A DNA stretch of 64,000 nucleotides from Candidatus Latescibacterota bacterium (GTDB lineage: Bacteria > Latescibacterota > CBDEFO01): contig CBDEFO010000008.1 of NCBI GenBank assembly GCA_965237525.1, positions 768,001-832,000 on the forward strand, written 5' to 3'. The position numbers and the translations under genes were made by a program. The notes beneath the pieces were generated by a model. It was not told the origin of the DNA, searched no databases, and saw only the letters and a program-made list of their open reading frames with translations. Of this stretch, positions 33,579 through 45,900 are shown piece after piece. Position 1 is the first letter of the stretch. Every line of letters starts with the position of its first letter.

Positions 33579-33607
33579 AATATAGTTTAGCGCTCTGTTT
33601 ATGTCAA
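33579..33607 (-). promoter_or_regulatory. sigma70-type promoter for the E1 alpha/beta-MFS operon
   Basis: TTGACA-17 bp-TATATT on the minus strand. Confidence 0.65.
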
Positions 33608-33949
33608 GCGCTTATTTTCAAGTCTTGTGATTCGGACAGGCATCATTTTTCAAGGATTTGTCGCACATAAAACACATCCGGGGACAGAAGCGTGTGTCTG
33701 CCCTTGGGCAGCGCGATTCGATAAAGAAAAGACAAGAGACGGGATATGCTTACATTGGAATGGGTTTGCCGAGGGATTTGTGAAGGATGTGAAGGATGTG
33801 AAGGATTTTGTACATCTTATGCTCACAAAATTTTTAAAAAATGAGAGCACAACATATAGAAAAAATGTTCACAATGTTCACATCCTTCACGCGACTTTCT
33901 TGTGATTGAGATCTGATGGACTCTTTATGTCTTTTCTTTGTAAAGTCAC

Positions 33950-34108
33950 CTATGTCACAACTTGTTCGGCAAAAATGAATAATAATCTATTTACACCATT
34001 CTTCCGACACACCTCTGCTACTTCCGCTCCTTTCAAAAGAGCCAACACCACCTCTGCCTTACGGGTCCCAGTCCAGCGCTTACCATCTTTCACTTCGGGG
34101 CTTGACAC
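33950..34108 (-). pseudogene. IS3-like OrfA (HTH) fragment
   Basis: AAGGAGG RBS then MSSPEVKDGKRWTGTRKAEVVLALLKGAEVAEVCRKNGV; truncated. Confidence 0.55.
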
Positions 34109-34295
34109 TTTGACCTCCTTTCCCCGATAGCATCACTCGGGGACAAGCCTCAAACCCAAATTTGCAAAATATCTATCGCTCTGTCACGGGGAGCGGTATG
34201 TTCGGGCTAATTGCCATACCTTCATACTTTCACTTTTTCGTGTTTCTGTTAGTCTTTTTTGAGTCTGCAAGGATTTTCGTGTAAATGGCTCTGGA

Positions 34296-35552
34296 CTACA
34301 TCCCGAATAGTTTACGAACCTTGGACCAACCTGCCATTAGGAAAAAGAGCAGGATAGCCATCAAGAGAGCCGATGTCAAGGGATGGTTGCGGTATCGTTC
34401 CCCAATCCACGCCGTTCGACTATTCAAGAGCAAGAGTACGAACGCTAACATGGGAATAAAGACGGCTCCGACGATGGCATAAGACTTCTGCATTTTGGTA
34501 AACCCAACCCACAGTCCAAGCATGGGAAGAGTCGCCATGCTGTATAAGTACCATCGATAAGGGACCGAATGAGTGCTAATAGGTCGATCTTTTGCGAATT
34601 GATCTTTCCGTATCATGGCCCAAAGATCCGTGAACAGATACGGGACACTCTGCCACACTCCCAACAGACTGCTGAAAATGGCTCCAAATGCACCCAGTAA
34701 AAAAGCCCATTTACCTGCCCAACCCAGCGTTTCTTCCAACCTCACGGCTAATTGGGTCACCAAGGTGGCGCCTCTACCTTCCACCTGAATGGTGCTCCCG
34801 ATCACGACCATGGCCAACCCGAACAGGGCCGTCATCGCATACGCGATGCCCAGGTCGATACGACAGACGCCTAAATCATCATCGCTGAAACGTCCTTCCT
34901 CGCGGATCCAATAACCGTAACATAAGATCGTTACCGTACCGCCGACACCACCTATCAAGGCGATCGTCCAGGGCAATCCTGCGCCATCTAGGTCGGGAAC
35001 GGTGGGCCACACCAGTCCCCTCAGGAGTTCGCTCCAAACGGGTTTCAAGAGGATGGCGGTCATGACCACGGTGACGAACATCAGACCAATACAGAGGCCC
35101 ATCACTTTTCCAAACAGGCGATATCCGCCCAGACGAACTAAGATCACACCCAGCATACTGAGAATCATGCCGTAGACGATTTTCCCGGTGGACGGATCGT
35201 AAAAGAAGGGGAAAATGGCTTGAGCTGCTACCCCACAGGCGCTCATCAGCGCTGCGGCCACCAGGAAGCTCCATATCAGCAAATAGACTAGAAAAATATA
35301 TTGGGCGGGACGACCCAGGTGGCTGATAGCCCCTTCAAGCAGCGTATCACCAGTGGCCAGTTGCCAGCGGGTCAATCCTTCATTCAATAGAAACTTGAAG
35401 AAGGCGCCCAAAAGAACCGCCCAGAGGATCGCTACTCCTAAATTGCTTCCCGCGAGGGCCGCGGTGGCCAGATCACCCGCTCCGACCCCGGTGCCCGCCA
35501 CCAGGATCCCCGGACCGATGACCGACAGTAGGTTTTTCTTTCTCTTCGACAT
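34296..35552 (-). CDS. NRAMP-like (APC superfamily) transporter
   Basis: IGPGILVAGTGVGAGDL N-terminal motif; many TM segments. Confidence 0.8.
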   Translation of the reverse strand: MSKRKKNLLSVIGPGILVAGTGVGAGDLATAALAGSNLGVAILWAVLLGAFFKFLLNEGLTRWQLATGDTLLEGAISHLGRPAQYIFLVYLLIWSFLVAAALMSACGVAAQAIFPFFYDPSTGKIVYGMILSMLGVILVRLGGYRLFGKVMGLCIGLMFVTVVMTAILLKPVWSELLRGLVWPTVPDLDGAGLPWTIALIGGVGGTVTILCYGYWIREEGRFSDDDLGVCRIDLGIAYAMTALFGLAMVVIGSTIQVEGRGATLVTQLAVRLEETLGWAGKWAFLLGAFGAIFSSLLGVWQSVPYLFTDLWAMIRKDQFAKDRPISTHSVPYRWYLYSMATLPMLGLWVGFTKMQKSYAIVGAVFIPMLAFVLLLLNSRTAWIGERYRNHPLTSALLMAILLFFLMAGWSKVRKLFGM

Positions 35553-35800
35553 AGGGGTTCTTTTCCAATTTTTTCGTGTGCGGAGCAGCGCTCTATTAAA
35601 CCGACATTCCCCATATTACATTCATGAGGGATTATATTTCGATACAATCTTGTTCGTGAATGAATATTACCACTTTTACATTTTTCAACAAGTACTTTTT
35701 TCAATCAAAATAGCATTTTCCTCTGAATTATCTCTTTCTTTGTGTTTAAATCCTCCAATTGGAGGCGCCTCTCCATCGACTCACAAAAAAATGTGGCAGT

Positions 35801-36190
35801 TTAAACAGAGTAACATCGCAATCGTTCAATCCGGCATAATATTTCGGCAAATAATCTCTTGTCTATCCCAACCTCAGCCATCTGAAACGTGATGTATCTG
35901 CTGTGCCTGACAATCTTCGCGCCAATCTTGATCAATTTCACAAGGAGGCTGCCAAGAGACCAGTGTTTGATTATCCCTGGAAGAACCAACCGCCTCAGAA
36001 AGTTTCCAAGATTATAGGCCAGAACAAATAACCAGAGCCTCACCTGATCCCCGCTCCCCTATAGATTCAATAGGGGATCACAATCGGGGACGTTGGCATG
36101 ATAGCCGGGCCCAGTTCAGAGCATATTTGCCTTCCTTAATCCATTGTTCGGCAGTACCTCGGCCATTGTAGAAATGAACCACGCCTTGTG
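35801..36190 (-). pseudogene. IS1380-family transposase C-terminal remnant
   Basis: VVHFYNGRGTAEQWIKEGKYAL..RLWLFVLAYNLGNFLRRL..KLIKIGAKIVRHSRYITFQMAEV; interrupted by palindrome insertions. Confidence 0.85.
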
Positions 36191-36310
36191 TCCCCGCTCC
36201 CTTATAGATTCAATAGGGGATCACAATCTGGCGCTCTCTATCTGTCTGCTGACGACTTGGCGAACACGTGGGCCTGTCACCGAATGGCTCAATCGGGGAT
36301 CGCCCCAACA

Positions 36311-36362
36311 CTGAACTCCTCTGTATCCCCCCTTAAATAAGGGGGGATACAGAGGAGTTCAG
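36311..36362. repeat. perfect 25-bp-arm palindrome
   Basis: CTGAACTCCTCTGTATCCCCCCTTA-AA-TAAGGGGGGATACAGAGGAGTTCAG. Confidence 0.85.
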
Positions 36363-36627
36363 CAGACCCGTGTGTCTGCCCTTGCGGACGACCACTTCGT
36401 GGTTTGTTGCGTCCACTCCCCAGCAACCCACGAAGTGGCGAAGTGACCTGGACCCCACAAATACATACGTTGTGGCGAATCGTTATCCCCTGGTAAAACT
36501 TAGACTTTACGTTTTCGGATCAGAAGGTTTCTGAATCAGAGTTTCAAGTATCCGATGGGCAGGTAACAGGTTAGCTCAGACGTCCTGCTTTTTGCAGCCT
36601 TACTTTCTTGATTTCCCGCAGTGATTA

Positions 36628-36656
36628 TTGACATCTAACACCTTATTTTGTATCTT
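36628..36656 (+). promoter_or_regulatory. sigma70-type promoter for the HEAT-repeat gene
   Basis: TTGACA-17 bp-TATCTT, 33 bp upstream of the ATG. Confidence 0.6.
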
Positions 36657-36689
36657 ACCTCCTGAACTTCCAAAGGTGAGGAACAAGAA

Positions 36690-38836
36690 ATGGGAATCTT
36701 TGATTCGCTATTTAAGCCAGACGTGGATGCATTAAGTGCGGAAAGAAATGTGAAAGCCTTAATCAGGGCATTGGGATATAGGAAGGATCAGGATGTTCAA
36801 CAGAGAGCAGCGCGGGCGCTGGTAAAGATAGGCTATCCCGTTGTCGAAGCTTTGATTGCTGCATTGAAGGATCCAGATCGGGATATCCGAGGGGGCGCAG
36901 CCAGGGCTCTGGGAAAGATAGGGGATGTCCGTGCAGTGGAACCTTTGATCGGCGCCTTGAAGGATCAGGGTCGGGGTATCCGAGAGAGCAGGAAGGGCTC
37001 TGGTAAAGATAGGCAACCCCGCTGCTGAGTTTTTGATTGCTGCATTGAAGGATGCAGATTGGAATGTCCGCCAGAGTGCAGCAGAGACTCTTGATAAGCT
37101 AGGCTGGCTTCCCGATGACCAGACTCAGCAGATTACTTATCTGATTGTCAAAGAGGATTGGAAAAAGTTAGAGCAAATTGGAGAACCCGCTGTCCTGCCC
37201 TTGATCGCTGTCTTGAACGATAGGGGTGCGACTTCGGATGTCCGGCAAAGTGCATCAGATGTTCTGGGCAAGATAGGGGATGCCTGTGCAGCCGAGGCGT
37301 TGATTTCCGCCTTGAAGGATGGAGATTCAAGTGTCCGAGAGAGTGCAAAAGAATCCCTGGCAAAGATAGGCGAGCACACAGTTGAGCTTTTAATTTCTGC
37401 CTTGGAGGATGAGGATTCAAGGGTCCGGCAAAGTGCAGCGGCCATTCTGGGAAAGACAGGGGATGTCCGTGCGGTAGAGCCCATGATTTCCGCCTTGAAG
37501 GATGGAGATTCAAGTGTCCGAGAGAGTGCAAAAGAATCCCTGGCAAAGATAGGCGAGCACACAGTTGAGCTTTTAATTTCTGCCTTGGAGGATGAGGATT
37601 CAAGGGTCCGGCAAAGTGCAGCGGCCATTCTGGGAAAGACAGGGGATGTCCGTGCGGTAGAGCCCATGATTTCCGCCTTGAAGGATGGAGATTCAAGTGT
37701 CCGAGAGAGTGCAAGAGAGGCTTTGATAAATATAGGTATACCTACAGTTCAGCATTTGAACGCTACCTTGAAGGATGCAGATGAAGATTCGGTTGTCCGA
37801 GCCAGTGCAGCCGATGTGCTGGGAGAGATAGAAGATGACGGTGCTGTCCAGCCTTTGATTGTTGCCTTGAAGGATGACGATAGTAACCTCCAGGCGGGAG
37901 CGGTAGGGGCACTGATAAAGATAGGGAAGCCCACAGTCGAACGCTTGATTGCCGCCTTGAAGGATGAGGACAAGGGTGTCCGACAGAGGGTAGCGGGGGC
38001 ATTGGGAGAGATAGGGGATACCCGTGCTCTTGAGCCTTTGATCGCCGCCCTGGAGGATGAAGATTGGGGTGTGCGATGGAAGGCAGCAGAGACTCTGGTG
38101 AAGATAGGGGACGTCCGTGCTGTCCGGCCTTTAATTGCTGCCCTGGAGGATGAAGATGAGGGTGTCCGCTGGAGAGCAGCATGGGCATTAGGTGAGATCG
38201 GCGATGTCGGCGCTGTCGAGCCTTTGATAGCTGCCCTGGAGGATGAGGATAAGGGTGTCCGTCAGAGCGCAGCCAAGGCATTAGGAGAGACAGGGGATGT
38301 CCGTTCCTCTCGAGCCTTTGATTGCCGTTCTGGAGGATGCCGATGTGGGTGTCCGTCAGAGCGCAGCGGAGGCATTGGGACAGATAGGTGATGTCCGCGC
38401 TGCCCGACCTTTGATTAACGCCATGGAGGATAAAGATGCAGATGTCCGATTACGTGTATCAGAGGCTCTCGTAAAGATAGGGGATATTAGCGCAATTGAG
38501 CCTTTGATTGATGCCCTGAGGGATGAAGATTCGGGTGTCCGATGGAGTGCAGCATGGGTACTGGGAGGGACAGGTGACGCTCGTGCCGCAGGGCCTCTGA
38601 TTGCTGCCCTGGAGGATGAAGATCTGAGTGTTCGCCAGAGGGCAGCAGAGGCTCTGGTAAAGATAGGCAACCCGACAGTTGAGGCTCTGATTAATGCATT
38701 GGAGAATGAAGAGTGGGGTGTCCAATTGGGTGCATCAGGAGCTCTGAAAAAGATAACAGGGAAAGACTTCGGACGAGATCATGCAGAATGGCAGCAGTGG
38801 TGGGAGGAAAACAAGGAGACAGTAGCCCCCGATTGA
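36690..38836 (+). pseudogene. PBS-lyase HEAT-repeat protein, two frameshifts (~36990, ~38310)
   Basis: Repeats [23 protein letters not shown] across three ORFs; C-terminal KITGKDFGRDHAEWQQWW. Confidence 0.85.
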
Positions 38837-38885
38837 ATCTATCGGGGGTAGATAGTAGATAGGGAGCACCGCCCATTCCTGACTA

Positions 38886-41800
38886 CTACACCAATGAGAC
38901 AGCCCTCCTTATGTAAGCGGAAAAGTCATCTATCAGGGAATATATAGTCGGAGCGATTACGAGTGTCAGAAATGTGGATGTGGTGAGACCCGCTATTATC
39001 ACAAGCCCTACAGGCGCCCAGAAGGCGTCTCCACCTTCGGCGGTCCCCAAAATTAGAGGGGTCACCATCGGCAGAAGTCCCAGTATGGTCGTCACCGATG
39101 TCATAAGGATCGGTCTGAGCCTGTTCTGTCCCCCTCTTATTATGGCGTCTCTCTTCGGCATCCCCTCTCTCCTTAAATGATTTATATGATCTATCAGCAC
39201 AATTCCATTATTTACCACCAGCCCAAAGAGGATCAGTAGTCCCATAATGCCCATTGGATCCAATGGCCTCTGCATAAGGAGCAGAACCCCGCAGACGCCT
39301 ATGAGTGAAAAGGGTATCGAGAACATTATGGTGAAGGGGTGAGAGTAGGACTCAAAAAGCGATGCCATAATGATGTAAATGAGCGCCGCGGACAGAAGCA
39401 AGGCGAAGTTGCTGCCGACATCCATCTCCAGAGTCCTCCTGTAGTTTTCGCCCATCTGCCACGTATATCCGGAGGGGAACGCCTCACTCTTCAGCCTCTC
39501 TTCGATCTTCCTGCCCGCCGCATACATCCCCATCCTCTCCGGCGTGTTGGCAAAGACATTCACGATAGTCTTCCTGTCCTCCCGCCTTATGGCCGTCGGA
39601 CCTTTTTTATGCTTAAATGCCGCCAGACTCCCGAACGACACCATCTCCCCGCGGCTATTTTCGAACATCGTGTTCTTAAGCTGTTCCAGATTAGCCCTGT
39701 CCTCTTCCTTAAGCTGGACAGTTATGTCTATCTCCCCGTCTTCGGTCTTATATGTAGTCCCTGCCCTTGTCCCTAAAGCCTCGGAGATAGTCCTTGCAAC
39801 CTGCATCGGGGAGAGCCCGTATCGGCTTGCCTTTTCTCTGTGCACCCGCACCTGAATCTCCTCCTCTCCCCTTTCAAGGCTCGTATCTATGTCCTCAATT
39901 CCCTCTATGTCTGAAAGTCTATCCTTCACATTTTCCGCCAGAACCTTCAGGACCGATGTGCTCTTCCCCTTTATGTCCACCGATACCCCTATGTTTCCTC
40001 CCCTGCCTCGCATCCTCTCCATCTTGAACTTAACGCCTGGGATCACAGGCAGCATGGATTTTACTTCGTTCTTAACGTGCATAGTCGAGCGCTGGCCTTC
40101 CTCGGCAAGATGCAGCGTCATTCTCCCGCTCCGTGCTCTGAAATTTGCAGAGAGATTCTCCAACTCCAATTCGTCTTTCTTTTTAAGGATCATCTCCTCC
40201 AACTTTGTGAATAGACCTAATGCGTCCTCTTCGGTGTAGTGCCTCGGCAGTTCCACAGTTATATCTACCTGACGGGGCGGAATCCAGGGGTTTGGAAGCC
40301 GATCTATCTGGCTTAAAAGATAGAGAAACATCCCTGTGATAACTAAAGCCACAGCTATAGTCGTCTTCCTGAACTTCAAAGTCCAGCCTATGATGGAGGT
40401 GTATTTCGCTGTCAGCCGTACCAGAAAGCGACTGCGCTCTTTTTCGGCTCCCTTAAACATCCGTGAGGAGGCCAGAGGGATCAAAGTCAGCGCCACGAAT
40501 AAAGATGATACTAAAGCCGCACATATCGTGATCCCGAAATCTTTCATCCATATCATAAGCCTGTTATCTCCTAAGAAGATAAGGGGCACAAACACGCAGA
40601 TAGTCGTGGCTGTGGCTGCCATCACGGCAGTCCCCACCTCTCTGCTGCCCAATAGAGCCGCACCTCCCGCATCTAACTTCTCATCCTGCCTCTTTCTGAA
40701 TATACTCTCCAAGACCACAACTGCTGGGTCAACCAACATCCCCACAGCCAGCATCAGCCCCATTGTAGAGACTAAATTGATCGTTATGGTGGAATTGAAA
40801 AAGACCCTCGCCATATACATAAACATAAAGGCGCACAGGACAGATATCGGGATAGACAAACATATAATGAGCGTGCTCTTTACAGAGCGCAAAAATAAGA
40901 GGATCACCGCGACGACAAGTACGCCTCCCAGAAGTCCTGAATCCCTGAGCGTGTTCAGCCTATCTGTAGTGCCCTTCGATTCATCTCTGTAGATATGGAT
41001 GTTGAGCCAGTCTTCCCCGACCTCTGATCTTATCTTATCCAGAGCCGATCTTACCTTTACGGAAACCCGGACCATATTGGCAGTCGAAGCCTTGTAGACC
41101 TGAATAGATATAGCATTATGCCCGTTTAGCTTCTGAAAGGACCTCTTTATCGGATAGTCGTAGCTGACCTTTGCTAAGTCTGAAAGCACTATGTTCTTGC
41201 CCGGTATCGGCATCTGGGAGATCTCTTTTATACTTTGAAATTCTCCTATCGCGCGTATGGAAAATTTCCGCCCGCCGTCTATCACTTCTCCCAGAGACAG
41301 GTTTATATTATTCCTACTCAAAAGACCGTTCAGAACGGAAATATCCACATTGTGAGCCTGAAGAAGTCCCTGATCTAACTCCACCAGAAGTTCCTTCTTA
41401 TCAAGTCCGCGCACCTCCACGTTGGCCACGCCGTCTATCCTTGAGAGTCGAGGCTCGATCATATCCTCAACGATTGAGTAGAGTTTCTGCTTTGGTCCTT
41501 CAAAGGCGACGCTGAACCTCATTATGGGCCTGTCTGTCGTCTGCCATCTGTGGATGCGCATCCTTTCTACGTCCTCAGGCAGTTCCGCCCTTACCTGATC
41601 GAGCCTGTCCCTGACCTCCAGCGCCATTAAGTCCATATCTGTCCCGAACTGGAACTCCAAGCTTACGGAAGAATTAGACCTCGAGGACGATGAATTCATC
41701 TTTTTAAGCTTGCCGAGCGTCCCCATGGCGTCCTCTATGGGGATGGTGATAAGCTCCTCCACTTCCTCGGGAGACGAAGAACTGTAAGGCACAGAGATCC

Positions 41801-41936
41801 GTATGCTGGGCCACGACATCTCAGGGAAGAACATCAGTGGGAGGCGATATATCGAAATTATCCCCAGGACGATCAGGCTTAAGATCACCATCAGGGTGGT
41901 GATCGGTCTTTCTATACAGAACTTGGAGAGGTTCAT
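38886..41936 (-). CDS. RND efflux permease (AcrB/AcrD/AcrF family)
   Basis: MNLSKFCIERP, VGMLVDPAVVVLE, GLVVNNGIVLID, RLRPILMT. Confidence 0.93.
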   Translation of the reverse strand: MNLSKFCIERPITTLMVILSLIVLGIISIYRLPLMFFPEMSWPSIRISVPYSSSSPEEVEELITIPIEDAMGTLGKLKKMNSSSSRSNSSVSLEFQFGTDMDLMALEVRDRLDQVRAELPEDVERMRIHRWQTTDRPIMRFSVAFEGPKQKLYSIVEDMIEPRLSRIDGVANVEVRGLDKKELLVELDQGLLQAHNVDISVLNGLLSRNNINLSLGEVIDGGRKFSIRAIGEFQSIKEISQMPIPGKNIVLSDLAKVSYDYPIKRSFQKLNGHNAISIQVYKASTANMVRVSVKVRSALDKIRSEVGEDWLNIHIYRDESKGTTDRLNTLRDSGLLGGVLVVAVILLFLRSVKSTLIICLSIPISVLCAFMFMYMARVFFNSTITINLVSTMGLMLAVGMLVDPAVVVLESIFRKRQDEKLDAGGAALLGSREVGTAVMAATATTICVFVPLIFLGDNRLMIWMKDFGITICAALVSSLFVALTLIPLASSRMFKGAEKERSRFLVRLTAKYTSIIGWTLKFRKTTIAVALVITGMFLYLLSQIDRLPNPWIPPRQVDITVELPRHYTEEDALGLFTKLEEMILKKKDELELENLSANFRARSGRMTLHLAEEGQRSTMHVKNEVKSMLPVIPGVKFKMERMRGRGGNIGVSVDIKGKSTSVLKVLAENVKDRLSDIEGIEDIDTSLERGEEEIQVRVHREKASRYGLSPMQVARTISEALGTRAGTTYKTEDGEIDITVQLKEEDRANLEQLKNTMFENSRGEMVSFGSLAAFKHKKGPTAIRREDRKTIVNVFANTPERMGMYAAGRKIEERLKSEAFPSGYTWQMGENYRRTLEMDVGSNFALLLSAALIYIIMASLFESYSHPFTIMFSIPFSLIGVCGVLLLMQRPLDPMGIMGLLILFGLVVNNGIVLIDHINHLRREGMPKRDAIIRGGQNRLRPILMTSVTTILGLLPMVTPLILGTAEGGDAFWAPVGLVIIAGLTTSTFLTLVIAPTIYSLIDDFSAYIRRAVSLV

Positions 41937-41958
41937 CGTCTCCTCGGTAGCGATGTTG

Positions 41959-42485
41959 TCAACTTGCAGTGTAGATGCCGCTTCTTTTTTGCTTTGTTGC
42001 AGTAACAAAAAACATCGTCACCGCACGCATGCATGAGGTGTGTTGTCTGTTTCTTAGTCGTCTATTTCTAAGTCGTCTGTTATAATGTAAGGATAGGTCA
42101 GATCTGACCTGTCTAGATAGGTCACATCTGAGCTGTCTTAATGTTGACCGTTCATTTCTGACCCTTCTAGATAGGTCACATCTGACCTGTCTAGAGCCTG
42201 TAGAACAGATATTAGCGCGTTGCGGCCCAGACCTGGACATTTTACAGTTACAAGACCGGCATCCTTGAGTTCCTTCAATCTCCTCTTTACAGTTTTCTCA
42301 GATTTGCCGAGGAGTTGAGCTATTCTCTTAAGACCTAAAGAACATCCGCTGCCGTCTCCCGGGTTCCACACCAGGATAGCAGCATACAAAACCGTGGCCG
42401 AGGCAGTGAGACTTTCGCTGGACAAGACTGAATCAGGTATCATACGAAGCCGCTCTATTGCCCCCGAATTCATCTTTCCTTTCAC
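41959..42485 (-). pseudogene. phage/plasmid-type replication-initiator-like HTH protein with internal 24-bp repeats, frameshifted
   Basis: LKRIAQLLGKSEKTVKRRLKELKDAGLV winged HTH followed by DRSDVTYL-type repeats; own TTGACA-17-TATATT promoter at 42591-42563. Confidence 0.55.
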
Positions 42486-42720
42486 TCCTTAAAGTAGTAG
42501 CAGCAAACAGAGGACATCCTCATCTATCGTGATACTGTGCAAATGTTCAGTTACACTTATACAATATAGTGAATATCCCTCCTGTTGTCAAGTGCCGTTG
42601 TGAAAAAAGTTTTGACACTGTACAACCATTTTGACGCTGTACAACCATGTAGATAATAAGTATGAGGTCAAATACGATTTGTCAAGCTACTTGCATAGGG
42701 GGAAGGTGGTGCCCTGTTTA

Positions 42721-42921
42721 CTATCTGCTGACTACTGTATGCTCCCTTTCAAGGAGGGAGTAGACTGTGGGAATCAAAATTAGGGTCAATAGTGTAGAAG
42801 TTATCAGGCCCCCTATGACAGTTATCGCCATGGGCGCTCTGATTGCTGCTCCTTCTCCTAATCCGAGCGCCATCGGCAGGAGCCCCAACACAGTTGTGGA
42901 TGTCGTCATCAGGATCGGCCG
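42721..42921 (-). pseudogene. displaced duplicate of the 3' end of the RND gene at 46850
   Basis: [55 protein letters not shown] is nearly identical to 46850-47040. Confidence 0.85.
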
Positions 42922-42949
42922 TTCATCCTACGCATCCAGTACCTCCGCC

Positions 42950-45900
42950 CTAACCCGGCCGCGATATGAGTCCACGTTGACGCCCAAATGTCCCATTTCC
43001 ATTATTCAACAGTAGCGACAGATTATCGCTGCCAGAATTAGCCACAGCTAAGTCATTATGTCCATCCCCTTCTAAATCCCCAATGAAAACGGATGCGGTA
43101 CTATCCCATAGTCTCTCTTAGGTGCAAATGTCCCATCTCCATTATTCAAAAGCACTGACACATTATCGCTGCCTAAATTAACCACAGCCAAGTCATTATC
43201 TCCATCTCCACCGTCTAAATCCACACTGAATACTGTTTGGGGATCACTGCCGACAGTATAGTCCACATTAGTTGCAAATGTACCATCTCCATTATTCAGG
43301 AACACTGACACAGTATTGCCAGGCCAATGAAAGGATCCCCCATTAGCCACGGCCAAGTCATTATCTCTATCACCATCTAAATCCACACTGAATACTGAAC
43401 TGGGATTAACCTCAACGCTATAGTCCACCTTAGGGGCAAATGTCCCAGCCCTATTGTTCAACAACACTGATGCGGGGTCACTCCCAACATCATAGTCCAC
43501 CTTAGGGGCAAATGTCCCATCTCCATTATTCAACAGCACGGACACATTATCTCTGTTCCAATTAGCCACGGCCAAGTCATTATCTCTATCACCATCTAAA
43601 TCCACACTGAAGACTGAACTGGGATTAACCTCAACGCTATAGCCCACCTTAGCTGCAAATGTACCATCTCCATTATTCAACAGGACCGACACACTATTGG
43701 GAAAGCTGTGCCAATTAGCAACAGCTAAGTCATTATCTCCATCTCCATCTAAATCTGCACTGAATACTGAAGAGGGACTATCTCCAGTGCCATAGTCCAT
43801 CTTAGGTGCGAATGTCCCATCTCCATTATTCAGCAACACTGATACAGTATCGCCGGGACTGATATTCAGCAACATTGATACAGTATGGCCGAGACTGAAG
43901 CCTGAATTAGCAACAGCTAAGTCATTATCTCCATCTCCATCTAAATCTGCACTGAATACTGATGAGGGATTACCCCCAACTCCATTGTCCACCTTAGGCG
44001 CAAATGTCCCATCTCCATTATTCAATAATACTGATAGAGTATTGCCAGGTTTTTCTTCGGTACCCGCATTAGCTACAGCTAAGTCATTACCTCTATCTCC
44101 GTCTAAATCTACACTGAATACTGAACGGGGATCATCCCCAGTACCGTAGTCTACCTTGTCTGCAAATGTACCATCTCCATTATTCAACAACACTGAGACA
44201 TTATTGCTGGCCCTATTAGCCACAGCTAGGTCATTATCTCCATCCCTATCTAAATCTGCAATGAAGACTGAACTCGGCTTAGACCCAGTGATAGCGTCCA
44301 CAAATAAAAGGGTAATACCTGAAATACCAACAAAACCAATCGAAACTATATAAACCAGAATGAAGAGGAACGTTTTGAAAGCACCGGGGGGAATTGAAAA
44401 AATTCTCTCCCATGTCTGTTCAACAAGCAATGACAAATTCTTTAAAGTTTTTCGCCCTGCCGATGTATTATAGTTTAAGCTTTGTCTGATTTGTCTTATG
44501 ATCTCAGTGTTGAGAGTCAAAGAGGCAATGTCGTCTTTTGATAAATCTTTTCTAACAGCTCTTGCTGCTTTTGCGGTGAAGTATGAATATCGCAAAGACA
44601 ATAGGACTCCAACAGGTATAACGATAAGAATCCAAGCTTGCAAGGATACTGCAATTCCTATGAGCAGCAGGGATGTAACAACTTTAAAAATCACATCTAT
44701 TATGTGATTTCTCGAAAATAGAATTGAATCAAAGTATCTACCACCATCCATGGGGTATAGTGGCAATAAATTGAAAGCATTTATAAAGATGAACATCCAA
44801 GAGGCATCCAAGTAGAGTTTGTCCTTCGTTACGCCATATGCAATCACTAAAATAAGCCCAATAATAAGGCCAGGCAACGGGCCCGCCATTGAAACTAATG
44901 CCTTTTTTGAAGAATACGGAGTTTGTTCTTTTCCAGAAACAGCGGCCCCTATAAAGGGCAAGAAAAACATCTTTACATCAGAATATTTGAATAGTTTCAT
45001 AGCCAAGAAATGACCGGTTTCATGAACAAACAGAACAACAATAATGATTAGTAGGTCTTTAGGTGAGAATTTGATTAGGCCAGCACCTGCAAATACAATA
45101 AGAGATATGACAAGAATAAAGAGATTATTAGAAGCCTTGTGAAAAACCCTTAGATTCAGAAAGTAGTATAGAACAAGCATTGATAAAGCAGCTCCGATGT
45201 ATTATATTATGTTATTGATAATATTATACATGGAGGAAACAATGACCCCACAAAAGCAGGAACAGACAAATCCGATGTTTCACTATTTTCAGATGGAGGA
45301 TTTAGTTCCCGAGGATCATATCCTTCGTCAGATTGATGAGGCAGTTGATTTTTCATTTGTACGAGACGTTGTATCAGATTGTTATTGCCCTGACAATGGC
45401 AGACCCGGTATTGATCCTGAATTAGTTGTTCGAATGATCCTTATTGGCTATCTGTATAATTTGAGTGAGAATCGGCTCTGTCAGGAAGTGGGGATGCATG
45501 CGGCATATCGGTTGTTTTGTCATCAGACATTTGATGATGCGGTTCCGGATAGGAGCACGATCAACAAGCTTCGCAATCACAAGTGGGCATCCAGTGGGTT
45601 GTTTGAACGGATAATGCGTCAGGTAGTCCAGTGTTGCATAGATGTCGGTCTTGTGAGCGGTAAACACCTTAGTGTCGACGGCACTCAGATACAAGCTGAT
45701 GCTTCAGTGAAAAGTATTGAGCCGATAGAACCCCCTGTTTCTCTTGATGATTATCTCAAGGGAATCGGTTTTGAAGGTGATAAGACAAAGGGTAGGTCCG
45801 GGCATCCTCAGGATAAAGACTTTCATGGTGAAAAGTGGACGAACCAAACACACCGTTCGACTACAGACCCCGACGCGCGCTTATACAGCAAATCGAAGGG

